Assembly: GCA_030390025.1 (NCBI GenBank)
Contig: CM059432.1
Span: 1,798,001 to 1,862,000 of the forward strand
Direction: 5' to 3'
DNA length: 64,000 bases
Source: Squalus acanthias
Taxonomy: Eukaryota
Under the pieces are notes generated by a model. The model made no database searches, was not told where the DNA came from, and saw nothing but the letters and a program-made list of their open reading frames with translations. A program made the position numbers and the translations under genes. Position 1 is the stretch's first letter. Every line of letters begins with the position of its first letter. Positions 36,852-49,639 of this stretch are shown piece after piece.

Positions 36852-37084
36852 CTTGACATCATGGCCGGTCGTCCCAGGTGTTTTTTTTTAAAAAGACTAA
36901 CACAAGAAACCAACACAAATTGACAGGATATGCAGCCAGCAGGTGGTTTGACACGTTGGACCCCCTGGGACACATCTCATTGTCTTGGCTGTGCTCTTAG
37001 TGTGTCTTTGATGTAGGGAAATATTTGAATAGATTTTGTCTGTGTTTAAATTGTGAATTCTGGGAGATTCTCTCACTGCTACCC

Positions 37085-37120
37085 TACCTGAGGAAGGAGC
37101 GACAGCTCCGAAAGCTTGTA
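37085..37120 (+). ncRNA. Minimal hammerhead ribozyme motif (family A); mirror copy on minus at 36268-36303
   Basis: TAC-CTGAGGA-A-GGAGC(GACA)GCTCC-GAAA-GC-TT-GTA. Confidence 0.75.
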
Positions 37121-38317
37121 AAATTAAATAAATCTGTTGGACTATAACCTGGTGTTGTGCGACTTCTCATTTTTGAATATACTCAACGACTGAGGATCCA
37201 CAGCCCTTTGGGGTAGAGAATTCCAAAGATTCACCACCCTCTGAGTGAAGAAATTGCTCCTCATCTCAGTCCTAAATGGCCGACCCCTTATCCTGAGACT
37301 GTGGCCCCTGGTTCTAGACACTCCAGCCAGGGGAAACATCCTGGAACTCCCTCCCTAACAGCACTGTGGGAGCACCTTCACCGCACGGACTGCAGCGGTT
37401 CAAGAAGGCGGCTCACCACCACCTTCTCAAGGGCCAACTAGGGATGGGCAATAAATGTCGGCCTTGCCAGCGACGCCCACATCCCATGAACGAATAAAAA
37501 AAAAGAAACACCCTCCCTGCATCTACCCTGTCAAGCCCTGTGAGAATTCTATACGTTTCAATGAGATCACCTCTCCTTCTTCTAAACGCTGGGGAATACA
37601 GGCCTAGTCTCCTCAATCTCTCCTCATAGGACAATCGCCCCATCCCAGGAATCAGTCTGGTGAACCTTCGTTGCCCTCCCTCTAAGGCAAGCCTATCCTT
37701 CCTTGAGTAAGGAGACCAAAACTGTCTCCTTTCTCCCTCATGTACTTATCGAGCCTCTCCTTAAATGCATCGATGCTATTCGCCTCAACCACTCCCTGTG
37801 GTAGCGAGTTCCACATTCCGTAGAACTGATTTTCAATAACTTATTGTTGTAACTCAGCCCACCAGCTTTACTATGTGGTCAATGCTGTCAAGTTACAGCA
37901 TTAAAGAAGAACTCCAGGAAGGTTCCTGATACAATCTGAGCCAGCTACCCTCCACTGAGACAGCAACAAGGGGTGGTACAATTGGTTGTCGGGCAGCCTC
38001 GGTTAGGGAGAGGAAAAATCCTGCCAAGGCTTCCGTCCTGAGGAATGCAGAAAGCCTCCTACTGGGAGTGTGCGTGCGGATGGAAGGTGAGGGCGAGGTC
38101 AAGCTTGGGTGTAATGTTCTTCACAGCTGGACAACCTTCCAAGAACATCGTTGAAATTAACATTTGAATAACAGTCACTTAGGTGAGGTACAAAAGGGTG
38201 ATCGTTACCCATGAAATCATCTCTCAAATAAGTAGAAACCTTTGAGAGAGAGACAGAGAGAGATAGAAGAGGGGAGAGATTCAAATCAAAAAAACGTAAA
38301 GGTAAACCTTTACTCAT

Positions 38318-38878
38318 TCGGCCTCAGCTAGAGTATTGTGTCCAATTCTGGGCACCGCACTTTAGGAAGGATGTGAAGGCCTTGGAGAGGGGGCAGAGGA
38401 GATTTACTAGAATGGTACCAGGGATGAGGGACTTCAGTTATGTGGAGAGACTGGAGAAGCTGAGATTGTTCTCCTTAGAGCAGAGAAGGTTAAGGGGAGA
38501 TTTAATAGAGGTGTTCAAAATTATGAGCGGTTTTGACAGAGTAAATAAGGAGAAACTGTTTCCAGTGGCAGGAGGGTCGGTAACCAGAGGACACAGATTT
38601 AAGGTAATTGGCAAAAGAACCAGAGGGAGGAGATGAGGAGAATTTTTTTTTACACGGCGAGTTGTTGTGATCTGCAATGCGCTGCCTGAAAGGGTGGTGG
38701 AAGCAGATTCAATAGTAACTTTCAAAAGGGAATTGAATAAATTTTTGAAAAGGAAAAAATTTGCAGGGCTAAGGGGGAAAGAGCAGGGGAGAGTGGGACT
38801 AGTTGGAGAGCTCTTTCAAAGAGCCGGCACAGGCACGATGGGCCAAATGGCCTCCTTCTGTGCTGTATGATTCTATGA
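38318..38878 (+). mobile_element. CR1 3' fragment
   Basis: ORFs 38373.. and 38667..; tail ATGATTCTATGAT. Confidence 0.9.
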
Positions 38879-39534
38879 TCCTCTGTATTCAACAGTTCAG
38901 GTATGAAGGAAACTAGTCAAGAGGGCAACGGATATGAGTATTTTCAAAGTTAATTAATATGGGACTGTGAGGGTTCACGTCAAAGACCTTATACTACTCA
39001 GAAGTGACTGAGCAGTAATGATAAGTGCAGGTTGTGAAGGGAATCGCACCTGGGGTGAAGAACTAACAATAGAATGTCCAAGTGCGAGAACTGGGAAGAA
39101 AATCTCAAACTGATTTTGAGAGAAAAGCAAGTTTCTTTGAAAAAGGGGAAGGCAAGAGAGAAAAACAACAAAGAAAGCTCTAAAAAAATCCCTTGTCGTC
39201 TCAGGTTTGAAGCGGCCCCTCTTTTTGACACACCTATAGGTTAGAATAATGGCGTTGAGGAAAGGCCGACAGCTGCTCTGGCGTATCTGGTATCTGCAAA
39301 AAAAAACTGCAGGGATACGGGGAAGGAGCCGGGGGGGAGTGGGACTAACTGGATTGCTCTTCAACAGAGCCCGCGCAGACTCAATGGGCCGAACGGCCTC
39401 CTTCTGTGCTGTGCTGTTCGATGATTCTACGATATGCTATTGGCTTGGCAAAGTATAACTAACACTTTTCACCAAACCATAATTTTATTCACTGGGGACT
39501 TCTTTTTATCAAGTATTGTTCTCCAAATTCACTC

Positions 39535-39670
39535 ACAACAACAACTTCTAGTTATATAGCGCCTTTAACAACAACTTGCATTTATATAGTGCCTTGAACA
39601 ACAACTTGCATTTATATAGCGCCTTGAACAACAACTTACATTTATATAGTGCCTTTAACAACAACAACAA
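39535..39670 (+). repeat. 30-bp tandem repeat (~4 units) of the L2 3' terminus
   Basis: Unit ACAACTTGCATTTATATAGCGCCTTGAACA. Confidence 0.85.
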
Positions 39671-39679
39671 CGCACATAT

Positions 39680-40078
39680 ATTTGACACCGAGCCACACAA
39701 GGAGATATTAGGGCAGGTGACCAAAAGCTTGGTCAAAGAGGGAGGTTTTAAGGAGCGTATTTAATTGGACAAATTTCTACTCATCCAGAATTGGATGTTG
39801 GATAAGCGGTCTGACAATTTAGAGACCGTGGAGGGGTCGAGAGAAGAGGTGGTGCTGAGGTAGAGCTGGGTGTCGTCAGCGTTCACGTGGAAACTGACGC
39901 TGTGTTTTCGGATGATGTCGCCAAGGGGCAACATGTAGATGAGAAATAGGAGGGGGGGCCAAGGAAAGATCCTGGGAGTGTCAGCCTACATTTTGTGCTC
40001 AAGTCTCATGGAGCGGGACTATGAACCTACAATCTTCTGAGACAGAGGCGAGAGTGCTACCCACTGAGCCACGGCTGA
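39680..40078 (-). mobile_element. L2 fragments plus SINE head
   Basis: Match to L2 at 5975-6180 and to the SINE 5' end. Confidence 0.7.
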
Positions 40079-40954
40079 TGGCTGGGGCAAAGCAAGGTGC
40101 GGTTATGTACACGGGAAAAGGAGTAAGAGCCTGGCAGGCTAGCAGTGGAATCGACAAGAGTGAAAGGATGATAAGGAGGGAAGTAGAATTCGAGACCAGT
40201 GACAGCGGTGGTGGAAAAAGAACTGGAAGGAATGGTAGGAGAGAGAGAGAGAGAGAGAGTAAACGAGATAGGGAAAGGCAACATTACACAGCTTTACACC
40301 TCTGCTGTATTTCAGCTTGCTGTGTTATAATAACAGATTGCAGAGGTTTGACATCGCTGGAAAAGACATTAATATATGTGCTGCACAGCCTCTGAAGACT
40401 TCCTTCAGAGATGCCATTTGACATCACTTGGGAAAGTCTACAGGGGGAAACTGTGATCGTGTGGATGCAGCGATCAGCCAGAGAATGAGGTAATCACAGA
40501 ATCCGATGGAGGCTGATTGCAAGATGCACCCTGCCTTTTCTCGTTCCAAAATTTGCTGCATAAAGAACTCAGAAACGGGCCATAAATCACAACTTGTACG
40601 AAGCGTGACTGGTTATCGCGCGCGCTCGCTTCCACAATAGAAGCAAAGTGGCTGTGATCGCGGGTTCTGATCCCACGTAACTGTGAGAGTTTTCTCTCGA
40701 GATTAGGGGGCTTCTTCCTCCCCTGTATTTGCAGCATTGATGTCTGGAAGGTATATTGTTCATGGTACTAAGATCGTTCCGTCTAAAACGTGGAATCATA
40801 CAGCCAGCACAGAAGGAGGCCATTCGGCCCATCGTACCTGTGCCGGGTCTTTTGAAAGAGCTCTCCAATGAGTCCCACTCTCTCCCCCATTCCCCCCCCA
40901 CCCCACCGCCTCCTCGCTCTTTCCCCCGTAGCCGTACAACTTTTTCCTTACGTG

Positions 40955-41420
40955 ATCAGCCGTGGCTCAGTGGGTAGCACTCCCACCTCTCAGTCAGAAG
41001 GTTGTGGGTTCGAGTCCCACTCCAGATAATTGAGCACAGAAATCTAGGCTGACGCTCCCAGTGCAGTGCTGAGGGAGTGCTGCACTGTCGGAGGGGCCGT
41101 CTTTCGGATGAGACATTAAACCGAGGCCCCGTCTGCTCTCTCAGGTGGACGTAAAAGATCCCACGGCACTATTTCGAAGAAGAGCAGGGGGGAGTTATCC
41201 CTGGTGTCCTGGGGCCAATATTTATCCCTCAACCAACATCATCAAAACAGATTATCTGGTAATTATCACATTGCTGTTTGTGGGAGCTTGCTGTGCGTAA
41301 AATGGCTGCTACATTACAACAGTGACTACACTTCAAAAAGTACTTCATTGGTTGTAAAGCGCTTTGGGACGTCCGGTGGTTGTAAACAGCGCTATAGAAA
41401 TGTAAGTCTTTCTTTTCTTT
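40955..41420 (+). mobile_element. Deu-SINE (full length)
   Basis: tRNA-like head, Deu core, tail. Confidence 0.9.
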
Positions 41421-41889
41421 TTGATTATGTCTTCAAATTGGAACCGTTTACAGATTTCATTGTAGCGGAAAACAAGGCTTTGTTGCACATTTCTTGATTT
41501 TAAGATTAGAAGGATGGCAACAGGAGCCATCGACGTAAGGGATGGGTGAATGGCTCCCAAAACCATCAGGCCCAATCCAGACCAAATCTCAAGCACTTGA
41601 AAAAAAAAATAATCAAAAAATGAAATCGCTATTTCCTCCTCCAGCTCAGTAGCAACGTGAAAGCTGGCTCAGCCCTCGGTTTCCACTCTCCCCACTGGGA
41701 ATAGCACTATCCCAGCTTCAGGCCAGCCAAGCTCTGCTTTCCTGCTCAGTTCCACTGATTTCAGCTGAACCCGGATTGTCGGCCCGGATCTGCAGTCAGC
41801 CCATCAGGTTGCACATGTCCTTCACACAGTTGCATCAGCAGAAGCCACTTGCACCGTTAACTCTTCCACCTTTCAGCACCAAGTGTTTT

Positions 41890-42240
41890 TTAGACGGAGT
41901 AAATAAGGAGAAGCGGTTTCCACTGAGGGGAGGGTCGGTAACCGGAGGGCACAGATTTAAGGTCATTGGCAACGGAGCCAAAGGGGGGGGAGAGGAGGAG
42001 AATCGTTTTTACGCAGCGAGTTGTTGTGATCTGGAACACGCTGCCTGAAAGGGCGGTGGGAGCAGATTCAATAGTAACTTTCAAAAGGATAAATACTCGA
42101 AGGGGAGAAACTTGCAGGGCTATGGGGAAAGAGCGGGGGGGGGAGGGGGGGGAGCGGGACTAATTGGAGAGCTCGGCCAAAGAGCCGGCAGAGACAGGAT
42201 GGGACAAATGGCCTCCCTCTGTGCTGCATCATTCTGTGAT
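41890..42240 (+). mobile_element. CR1 3' fragment
   Basis: FTQRVVVIWNTLP; ATTCTGTGA tail. Confidence 0.8.
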
Positions 42241-42370
42241 TTGTTGTGCATTCCTCTTTGTTGAGCAGGGCAAGGAGCCATTGCAAGTCCTCAACAGGGA
42301 GGTCGATTACCAGAGGACACAGGTTTAGGGTAATTTTATTCTATTTAAGGTAAGGCTATTCCATTGTTCC

Positions 42371-42869
42371 ATCGAGGAATAGCACCTCATCTTTCGTTTA
42401 GGCACTCTACAGCCCTCTGGACTCAACATAGAGTTCTACAATTTCAGATCATAACCACGGCCCCGATCACATATATATATATTTTTATTTTATTTTTTCA
42501 TCCACCCTTTTGTTTGGCCCCTTTTTTACTTCCCTCCCTGAAGCTGGCAGCTGTCCTTCATTTTGCCAGCGCATTTCACACTTCATCCAGCCTCAACCTG
42601 TCACATTACCACCTCCTCTTGCCTTGAATATCTTTTAATGTCTCTCAATGTCTCTTAATCTCTCCTGCCTTCTATCCCACCACTGACCTTCCCCTTTGTT
42701 CTTTCATCCCCTCCCCCTTTTCCCAGCATTATACTTGCTTTAAATCTATTTCATTTCCTGCTTTTTTCCAGTTCTGATGAAAGGTCTTCGACCTGAAACG
42801 TTAACTCTGTTTCTCTCTCCACGGATGCTGCCTGACCTGCTGAGTTTTTCCAGCGTTTTCTGTTGTTAT
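42371..42869 (+). mobile_element. Penelope-like element family B, 5'-truncated
   Basis: EE*HLIFRLGTLQPSGLNIEFYNFRS* GIY-YIG end; pyrimidine-rich UTR; hammerhead; flanking duplication TAAGGCTATTCCATTG (42351-42366 / 42870-42885). Confidence 0.8.
42770..42806 (+). ncRNA. Minimal hammerhead ribozyme motif (family B)
   Basis: AGTT-CTGATGA-A-AGGTC(TTC)GACCT-GAAA-CG-TT-AACT. Confidence 0.75.
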
Positions 42870-43311
42870 TAAGGCTATTCCATTGCTCCCCTGGCCGGCC
42901 TCCCACCTTGAACCCTCCATCAACTTCAGTTCATCCATAAACTGTGCCGCCCCGTGACCTAACTCGCACCAAGTCCCGTTCACCCATCTCCCCCTGTGCT
43001 CGCTGACCTATGCCATGCTCTATGATTCAACACTCAGCAGCTGGCCAAGATTCTGCCATCCTGGTCTCCAAGTATGAAGGGCTATTAAAGTTGGGGTTGT
43101 AACCTGAGTGGACCAACCTGTGCCATCAGTTTGTTGGTCTATTACAACACTGACTCCATTTCAAAAGTACTTCATTGGCTGTGAAGCACTTTGAGGCGTC
43201 CGGTGGTGGTGAAAGGCGCTATAGAAATGCAAGTATTTCTTTCTTTTCTTTCTGTGATGTGTGTTTTCAAGTGATGAGTGCTTTTAAGACTAGTATTGTA
43301 GTAAGAGCCGT

Positions 43312-43787
43312 CAGAATCGTACAGCACAGGGGGAGGCCATTCGGCCCATCGAGCCTGTGCCGGCTCTTTGGAAGAGCTCTCCAATTAGTCCCACTCCCCC
43401 TGCTCTTTCCCCATTAGTCCTGCAAATTTTTCATCTTCAAGTATTTATCCAATTCCCCTTTTGAAAGTTACTATTGAATCTGCTTCCACCGCCCTTTCAG
43501 GCAGCGCGTTCCAGATCACAACAACTCGCTGCGTAATTTTTTCCCCCCTCTGGTTCTTTTGCCAACAACAACAACAACTTGTATTTATACAGCGCCTTTA
43601 ACGTAGTAAAACGTCCCAAGGCGCTTCACAGGAGCGATTATCAAAATAAATTTGACACCGAGCCACATAAGGAGATATTGGGACAGGTGACCAAAAGCCT
43701 GGTCGAAGAGGTCGGCTTTAAGGAGCGTCTTAAAGGAGGAGAGAGAGGCGGGGAGGTTTAGGGAGGGAATTCCAGAGCTTAGGGCCT
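43312..43787 (-). mobile_element. CR1 3' fragment followed by L2 3' fragment
   Basis: Nucleotide match to family copies. Confidence 0.75.
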
Positions 43788-43999
43788 TGAGGTTAGGAAC
43801 TTTCTGCTCTGTTCTGACTCTGGTACTTGCTAGATAAACTTATTGAGGCATCAAGAGTGCCAATGGTTGAGAGCTGTTAATGAGACAGAAAGCGTTTGGC
43901 ATGAAAGAGGTAACCAAACGTCTTTAGCAACACAAGAAGTGTAGGGCCACCATTTCAGATCAGAGGAGGTAGAGACCGCCCCTTCAGCCAATCAATTCG

Positions 44000-44682
44000 T
44001 TGAAGGTGGCAGGGCAGGTAGAGAAAGCGGTTAAAAAAGCTTTCGGAATCCTGGGCTTCATAAATAGAGGTATAGAGCACAAAAGCGTGGAAATTATGAT
44101 GAACCTGTATAAAACACTGGTTCGGCCTCAACTGGAGTATTGTGTCCAATTCTGGGCACCGCACTTTAGGAAGGATGTGAAGGCCTTAGAGAGGGTGCAG
44201 AAAAGATTTAGGAGAATGATTCCAGGGATGAGGGACTTCAGTTACGTGGATAGACTGGAGAAGCTGGGGTTGTTCTCCTTAGAGCAGAGAAGATTGAGAG
44301 GAGATTTGATAGAGGTGTTCAAAATCATGAGGGGTCTGGACAGAGTAGATAGAGAGAAACTGTTCCCATTGGCGGAAGGGTCGAGAACCAGAGGTCACAG
44401 ATTTAAGGTGATTGGCAGAAGAACCAAAGGCGACACGAGGAAAAACCTTTTTACGCAGTGAGTGGTTAGGATCTGGAATGCACTGCCTGAAAAGGTGGTG
44501 GAGGCAGACTCAATCGTGGCTTTCAAAAGGGAGTTGGATAAGTACCTGAAGGAAAAAAATTCGCAGGGCTACGGGGAAAGGGCGGGGGAGTGGGACTAGC
44601 TGAAGTGCTCTTGCAGAGAGCCGGCACGGGCTCGACGGGCTGAATGGCCTCCTTCTGTGCTGTAACCATTCTATGATTCGAT
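44000..44682 (+). mobile_element. CR1 3' fragment
   Basis: ORF 44000..44461; tail CATTCTATGATTCGATGA. Confidence 0.9.
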
Positions 44683-44969
44683 GAATTCAACTCTTGACTG
44701 TCAGCGAACACGAATCGTGTTCCTCTAGGTTTCACCTGTAAGTAAGATTTTCTTGTCACACAATCCAGCCATGCTAACCAGACAGTGGCGTCCTGTCCTC
44801 CAGGTGGCATGATTGCAGCAGGCAAGTGGGGTTTATAGTTCCTATTAACCTTTTGACTTTCGCATTTATGAGATCCTTGCTGAACTATGTATAATGCAAT
44901 TTTGCTAAGCCATGTACAATTTCATGATAGCTCATCACATTAACGAGACGCCAAAATACAGACAGTAAA

Positions 44970-45190
44970 TTACACCATCCTGACTTGGAAATATATCGGC
45001 CGTTCCTTCATCGTCACTGGGTCAAAATCCTGGAACTCCCTCCCTAAAAGCACTGTGGGAGTACCTTCACCACACGGACTGCAGCGGTTTAAGAAGGCGG
45101 CTCACCACCACCTTCTCAAGGGCAATTAGGGATGGGCAATAAATGCTGGGCCTTGCCAGCGACGCCCACATCCTGTGAATGAATTTTAAA
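44970..45190 (+). mobile_element. Crack/Daphne-like LINE 3' end
   Basis: Reverse complement of 21550-21770. Confidence 0.75.
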
Positions 45191-45294
45191 AAATGCATAA
45201 ATGCTAACTTATTAGTCTTGCTTTCAACTAAGTTTAAAGGACCAGAATTTAGTTATAACCTAACCTGCTCAACTAATTAACAGTATAGCTGTTC

Positions 45295-45720
45295 TAAAGA
45301 AAGACTTGCATTTCTATAGCGCCTTTCACCGCACCGGACATCCCAAAGCGCTTTACAGCCAATGAAGTACTTTTTGAAGTGTGGTCACTGTTGTAATGTA
45401 GGAAACGCGGCAGACAATTTGTGCACAGCAAGCTCCCACAATGTGATAATGACCAGATAATCTGTTTTAGTGATGTTGGTTGAGGGATAAATATTGGCCA
45501 GGACACCGGGGAGAACTCCCCCTGCTCTTCTTCAAATAGTGCCGTGGGATCTTTTACGTCCACCTGAGAGAGCACACAGGGCCTCGGTTTAACGTCTCAT
45601 CTGAAACACGGCACCTCTGACAGTGCGGCACTCCCTCAGTACTGCCCCTCCAACAGTGTAGCGCTCCCTCAGCACTGCACTGGGAGTGTCAACCTGGATT
45701 TTTGTGCTCAAGTCTCTGGA
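45295..45720 (-). mobile_element. Deu-SINE with a single duplication of the 33-bp unit
   Basis: Deu core; two units at 45610-45675. Confidence 0.85.
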
Positions 45721-45774
45721 CAATCTGACAGAGATTGCGCGACAGTGACAAACTCACACTGATGAGCAGGGGTA

Positions 45775-46290
45775 CATAGGAACAGGAGTAGACCATCCAA
45801 CCCCTCGAACCTGTTCCGCCATTCAGTTAGATCATGGCTGATCAGTATCTTAGCTCCATCCACCTGTCTTGGTTCCCTTAATACCGTTGCCTAACAAAAG
45901 TTTTGAAATTTTCAGCTTACCCCCAGCCGCCACAGCTTTTTGGGGGGAGAGAGTTCCAGATTTCCACCACCCTTTGTGTGAAGAAGTGCTTCCTGACATC
46001 ACCCCTGAACGGCCTGGCTCTAATTTTAAGGTTCAAGATCCCACGGCCACTATTTTGAAGAAGAGCAGGGGAGTTTGTCCTGGTCAACATTCATCCCTCA
46101 ACCAACATCACTGAAAGAGGTTATCTGCTCTTATTTCTCAGTGCTGTTTGTGGGAGCTTGCTGTGCACAAATTGGCTGCCGCGTTTCCTGCATTACAACA
46201 GTGACCACACTTCAAAAAGATACTTAATTGGCTGTAAAGCGCTTTGGGATGTCCTGAGGTCGTGAAAGGCGCTGTAGAAATGCGTTATCT
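45775..46290. mobile_element. CR1 3' fragment (minus, to ~46030) followed by Deu-SINE 3' half (plus)
   Basis: Match to family copies. Confidence 0.75.
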
Positions 46291-46335
46291 CTTTCTTTCT
46301 TTCCTTAGTTTCTCATGTTTGACTCGTGTGGAGCA

Positions 46336-48470
46336 TAAACACCAGCACAATACAAACACCAGCACAATATAAACACCAGCACAATACAAACACCACACAA
46401 TATAAACACCAGCACAATACAAACACCAGCAGAATACAAACACCAGCAGAATACAAACACCAGCACAATACAAACACCAGCAGAATACAAACACCAGCAC
46501 AATATAAACACCAGCACAATACAAACACCACACAATATAAACACCAGCACAATACAAACACCAGCACAATATAAACACCAGCACAATACAAACACCAGCA
46601 CAATACAAACACCACACAATATAAACACCAGCACAATATAAACACCAGCACAATACAAACACCACACAATATAAACACCAGCACAATATAAACACCAGCA
46701 CAATACAAACACCACACAATATAAACACCAGCACAATATAAACACCAGCACAATATAAACACCAGCACAATACAAACACCAGCACAATATAAACACCAGC
46801 ACAATATAAACACCAGCACAATACAAACACCAGCACAATATAAACACCAGCACAATACAAACACCAGCACAATACAAACACCACACAATACAAACACCAC
46901 ACAATATAAACACCAGCACAATATAAACACCAGCACAATACAAACACCAGCACAATATAAACACCAGCACAATATAAACACCAGCACAATACAAACACCA
47001 GCACAATATAAACACCAGCACAATATAAACACCAGCACAATACAAACACCAGCACAATATAAACACCAGCACAATACAAACACCAGCACAATATAAACAC
47101 CAGCACAATACAAACACCAGCACAATACAAACACCACACAATACAAACACCACACAATATAAACACCAGCACAATATAAACACCACACAATATAAACACC
47201 AGCACAATATAAACACCAGCACAATACAAACACCAGCACAATATAAACACCACACAATACAAACACCAGCACAATATAAACACCAGCACAATACAAACAC
47301 CAGCACAATATAAACACCAGCACAATATAAACACCACACAATACAAACACCAGCACAATACAAACACCAGCACAATACAAACACCAGCACAATACAAACA
47401 CCAGCACAATACAAACACCAGCACAATACAACACCAGCACAATATAAACACCAGCACAATACAAACACCAGCACAATACAAACACCAGCACAATACAAAC
47501 ACCAGCACAATACAACACCAGCACAATATAAACACCAGCACAATACAAACACCAGCACAATATAAACACCACACAATACAAACACCAGCACAATACAAAC
47601 ACCAGCACAATACAAACACCAGCACAATACAACACCAGCACAATATAAACACCAGCACAATACAAACACCAGCACAATACAAACACCAGCACAATACAAA
47701 CACCAGCACAATACAAACACCAGCACAATACAAACACCAGCACAATACAAACACCACACAATACAAACACCAGCACAATACAAACACCAGCACAATACAA
47801 ACACCAGCACAATACAAACACCAGCACAATACAAACACCAGCACAATACAAACACCAGCACAATACAAACACCAGCACAATACAAACACCAGCACAATAC
47901 AACACCAGCACAATACAAACACCAGCACAATACAAACACCAGCACAATACAAACACCAGCACAATACAAACACCAGCACAATACAAACACCAGCACAATA
48001 TAAACACCAGCACAATACAAACACCAGCACAATACAAACACCAGCACAATATAAACACCAGCACAATATAAACACCAGCACAATACAAACACCAGCACAA
48101 TATAAACACCAGCACAATACAAACACCAGCACAATACAAACACCAGCACAATACAAACACCAGCACAATACAAACACCAGCACAATACAAACACCAGCAC
48201 AATACAACACCAGCACAATACAAACACCAGCACAATACAAACACCACACAATACAACACCAGCACAATACAAACACCAGCACAATACAAACACCAGCACA
48301 ATATAAACACCAGCACAATATAAACACCAGCACAATACAAACACCAGCACAATACAAACACCAGCACAATATAAACACCAGCACAATACAAACACCAGCA
48401 CAATATAAACACCAGCACAATACAAACACCAGCACAATATAAACACCAGCACAATACAAACACCAGCACA
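46336..48470 (+). repeat. 17-bp satellite (~125 units) expanded inside a CR1 3' UTR
   Basis: Unit AAACACCAGCACAATAY with 16-bp variants; flanks CTCGTGTGGAGCAT / CCAGTTGGGCCGAATGGCC are contiguous in the CR1 at 49458-49510. Confidence 0.95.
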
Positions 48471-48849
48471 GCCCAGTTGGGCCGAATGGCCTGTTTCTGT
48501 GCTGCATGTAATTCTATGCCTTCCTCTTCAATTCTTGTGTTTCTAAGTTCTGTATTTATCCACAGCATTCTGAAACTTGAAGTAGTCTCTTTTTTAAAAA
48601 AAAGCTTCCATTTATTCTGCAGCCTTACAATATCCGTTTTAAAAATATCCTGTTATTGATCTGCAGTCCTTTCTGCCAGATTCTCTTTCCACCTCAGCTC
48701 ACCTCAGCTCACTCCTAATCTTTCTAAAATCTAACCTATTCTAAACTGGCGCCCTCGTTTCAGTATTAAATTTTTCCCCTTTCCATTTGGACATTAAACC
48801 GTAACATATTACAACCACTGCTCCCAAGGTGCTAACCCACATTGAACTA

Positions 48850-49530
48850 ACGCCTCGATTTTAAAATTCTCATCCTTGTTTTCAAATCCCTCCATGGCCT
48901 CGCCCCTCCCTATCTCTCTAATCTCCTCCAGCCCCACAACCCCCCCGAGATCTCTGCGCTCCTCCAATTCTGGCCTCTTGAGCATCCCCCGATTTCCATC
49001 GCTCCACCATTGGCGGCCGTGCCTTCAGCTGCCTGGGCCCTAAGCTCTGGAATTCCCTCCCTAAACCTCTCCGCCTCTCCACCTCTCTCTCCTCCTTTAA
49101 GACGCTCCTTAAAACCTCCCTCTCTGACCAAGCGTTTGGTCACTGTCCTAATATCTCTTTATGTGGCTCGGTGTGAAATTTTGTTTGATAATCGCTCCTG
49201 TGAAGCGCCTTGGGACGTTTTACTACATTAAAGGCGCTATATAAATACAAGTTGTTGCTGTTGTTGAACTCATCTACCTGATCGATTTCATCATTCATAA
49301 TCACCCAGAGAGTGGTGAGAATGTGGAACTCGCTACCACAGGGAGTGGTTGAGGCGAATAGTATAGATGCATTTAAGGGGAAGCTAGACAAGCACATGCG
49401 GGAGAAAGGAATAGAAGGTTATGGTGATGGAGTGAGCTGAAGAGGGGTGGGAGGAGGCTCGTGTGGAGCAGAAACACCGGCACGGACCAGTTGGGCCGAA
49501 TGGCCTGTTTCTGTGCTGTAAATTCTATAT
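48850..49530 (+). mobile_element. L2 3' end (48850-49265) and CR1 3' end (49300-49530)
   Basis: Match to family copies. Confidence 0.8.
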
Positions 49531-49639
49531 ATTTCTATGTAAAATACACATTACGATAAGGGGCGGATTATGCAAAACATAATCACTTCTGATGCCGCTG
49601 ACATAAGTGGTTTGTGGTTGTGAATGACATAGAATGCAC

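Larger units (their letters stand above)
36178..37174. mobile_element. Penelope-like element (family A) as an inverted pseudo-LTR palindrome
   Basis: 473-bp arms 36214-36686 / 36702-37174; 15-nt spacer; 36-nt extension; TSD TTGAATATACTC(A) at 36166 / 37173. Confidence 0.9.
35897..37820 (-). mobile_element. Nested CR1 within CR1; inner copy hosts the Penelope palindrome and a Crack-like fragment (37340-37505)
   Basis: Outer CR1 35897-36002 / 37726-37820; inner CR1 36003-36177, 37175-37340, 37506-37725. Confidence 0.75.

Noticed and set aside
46285..48568. Three 715-751 aa Cys/Val/Leu-rich ORFs
   Set aside because: Artefact of a stop-free 17-bp satellite read in all three minus frames.
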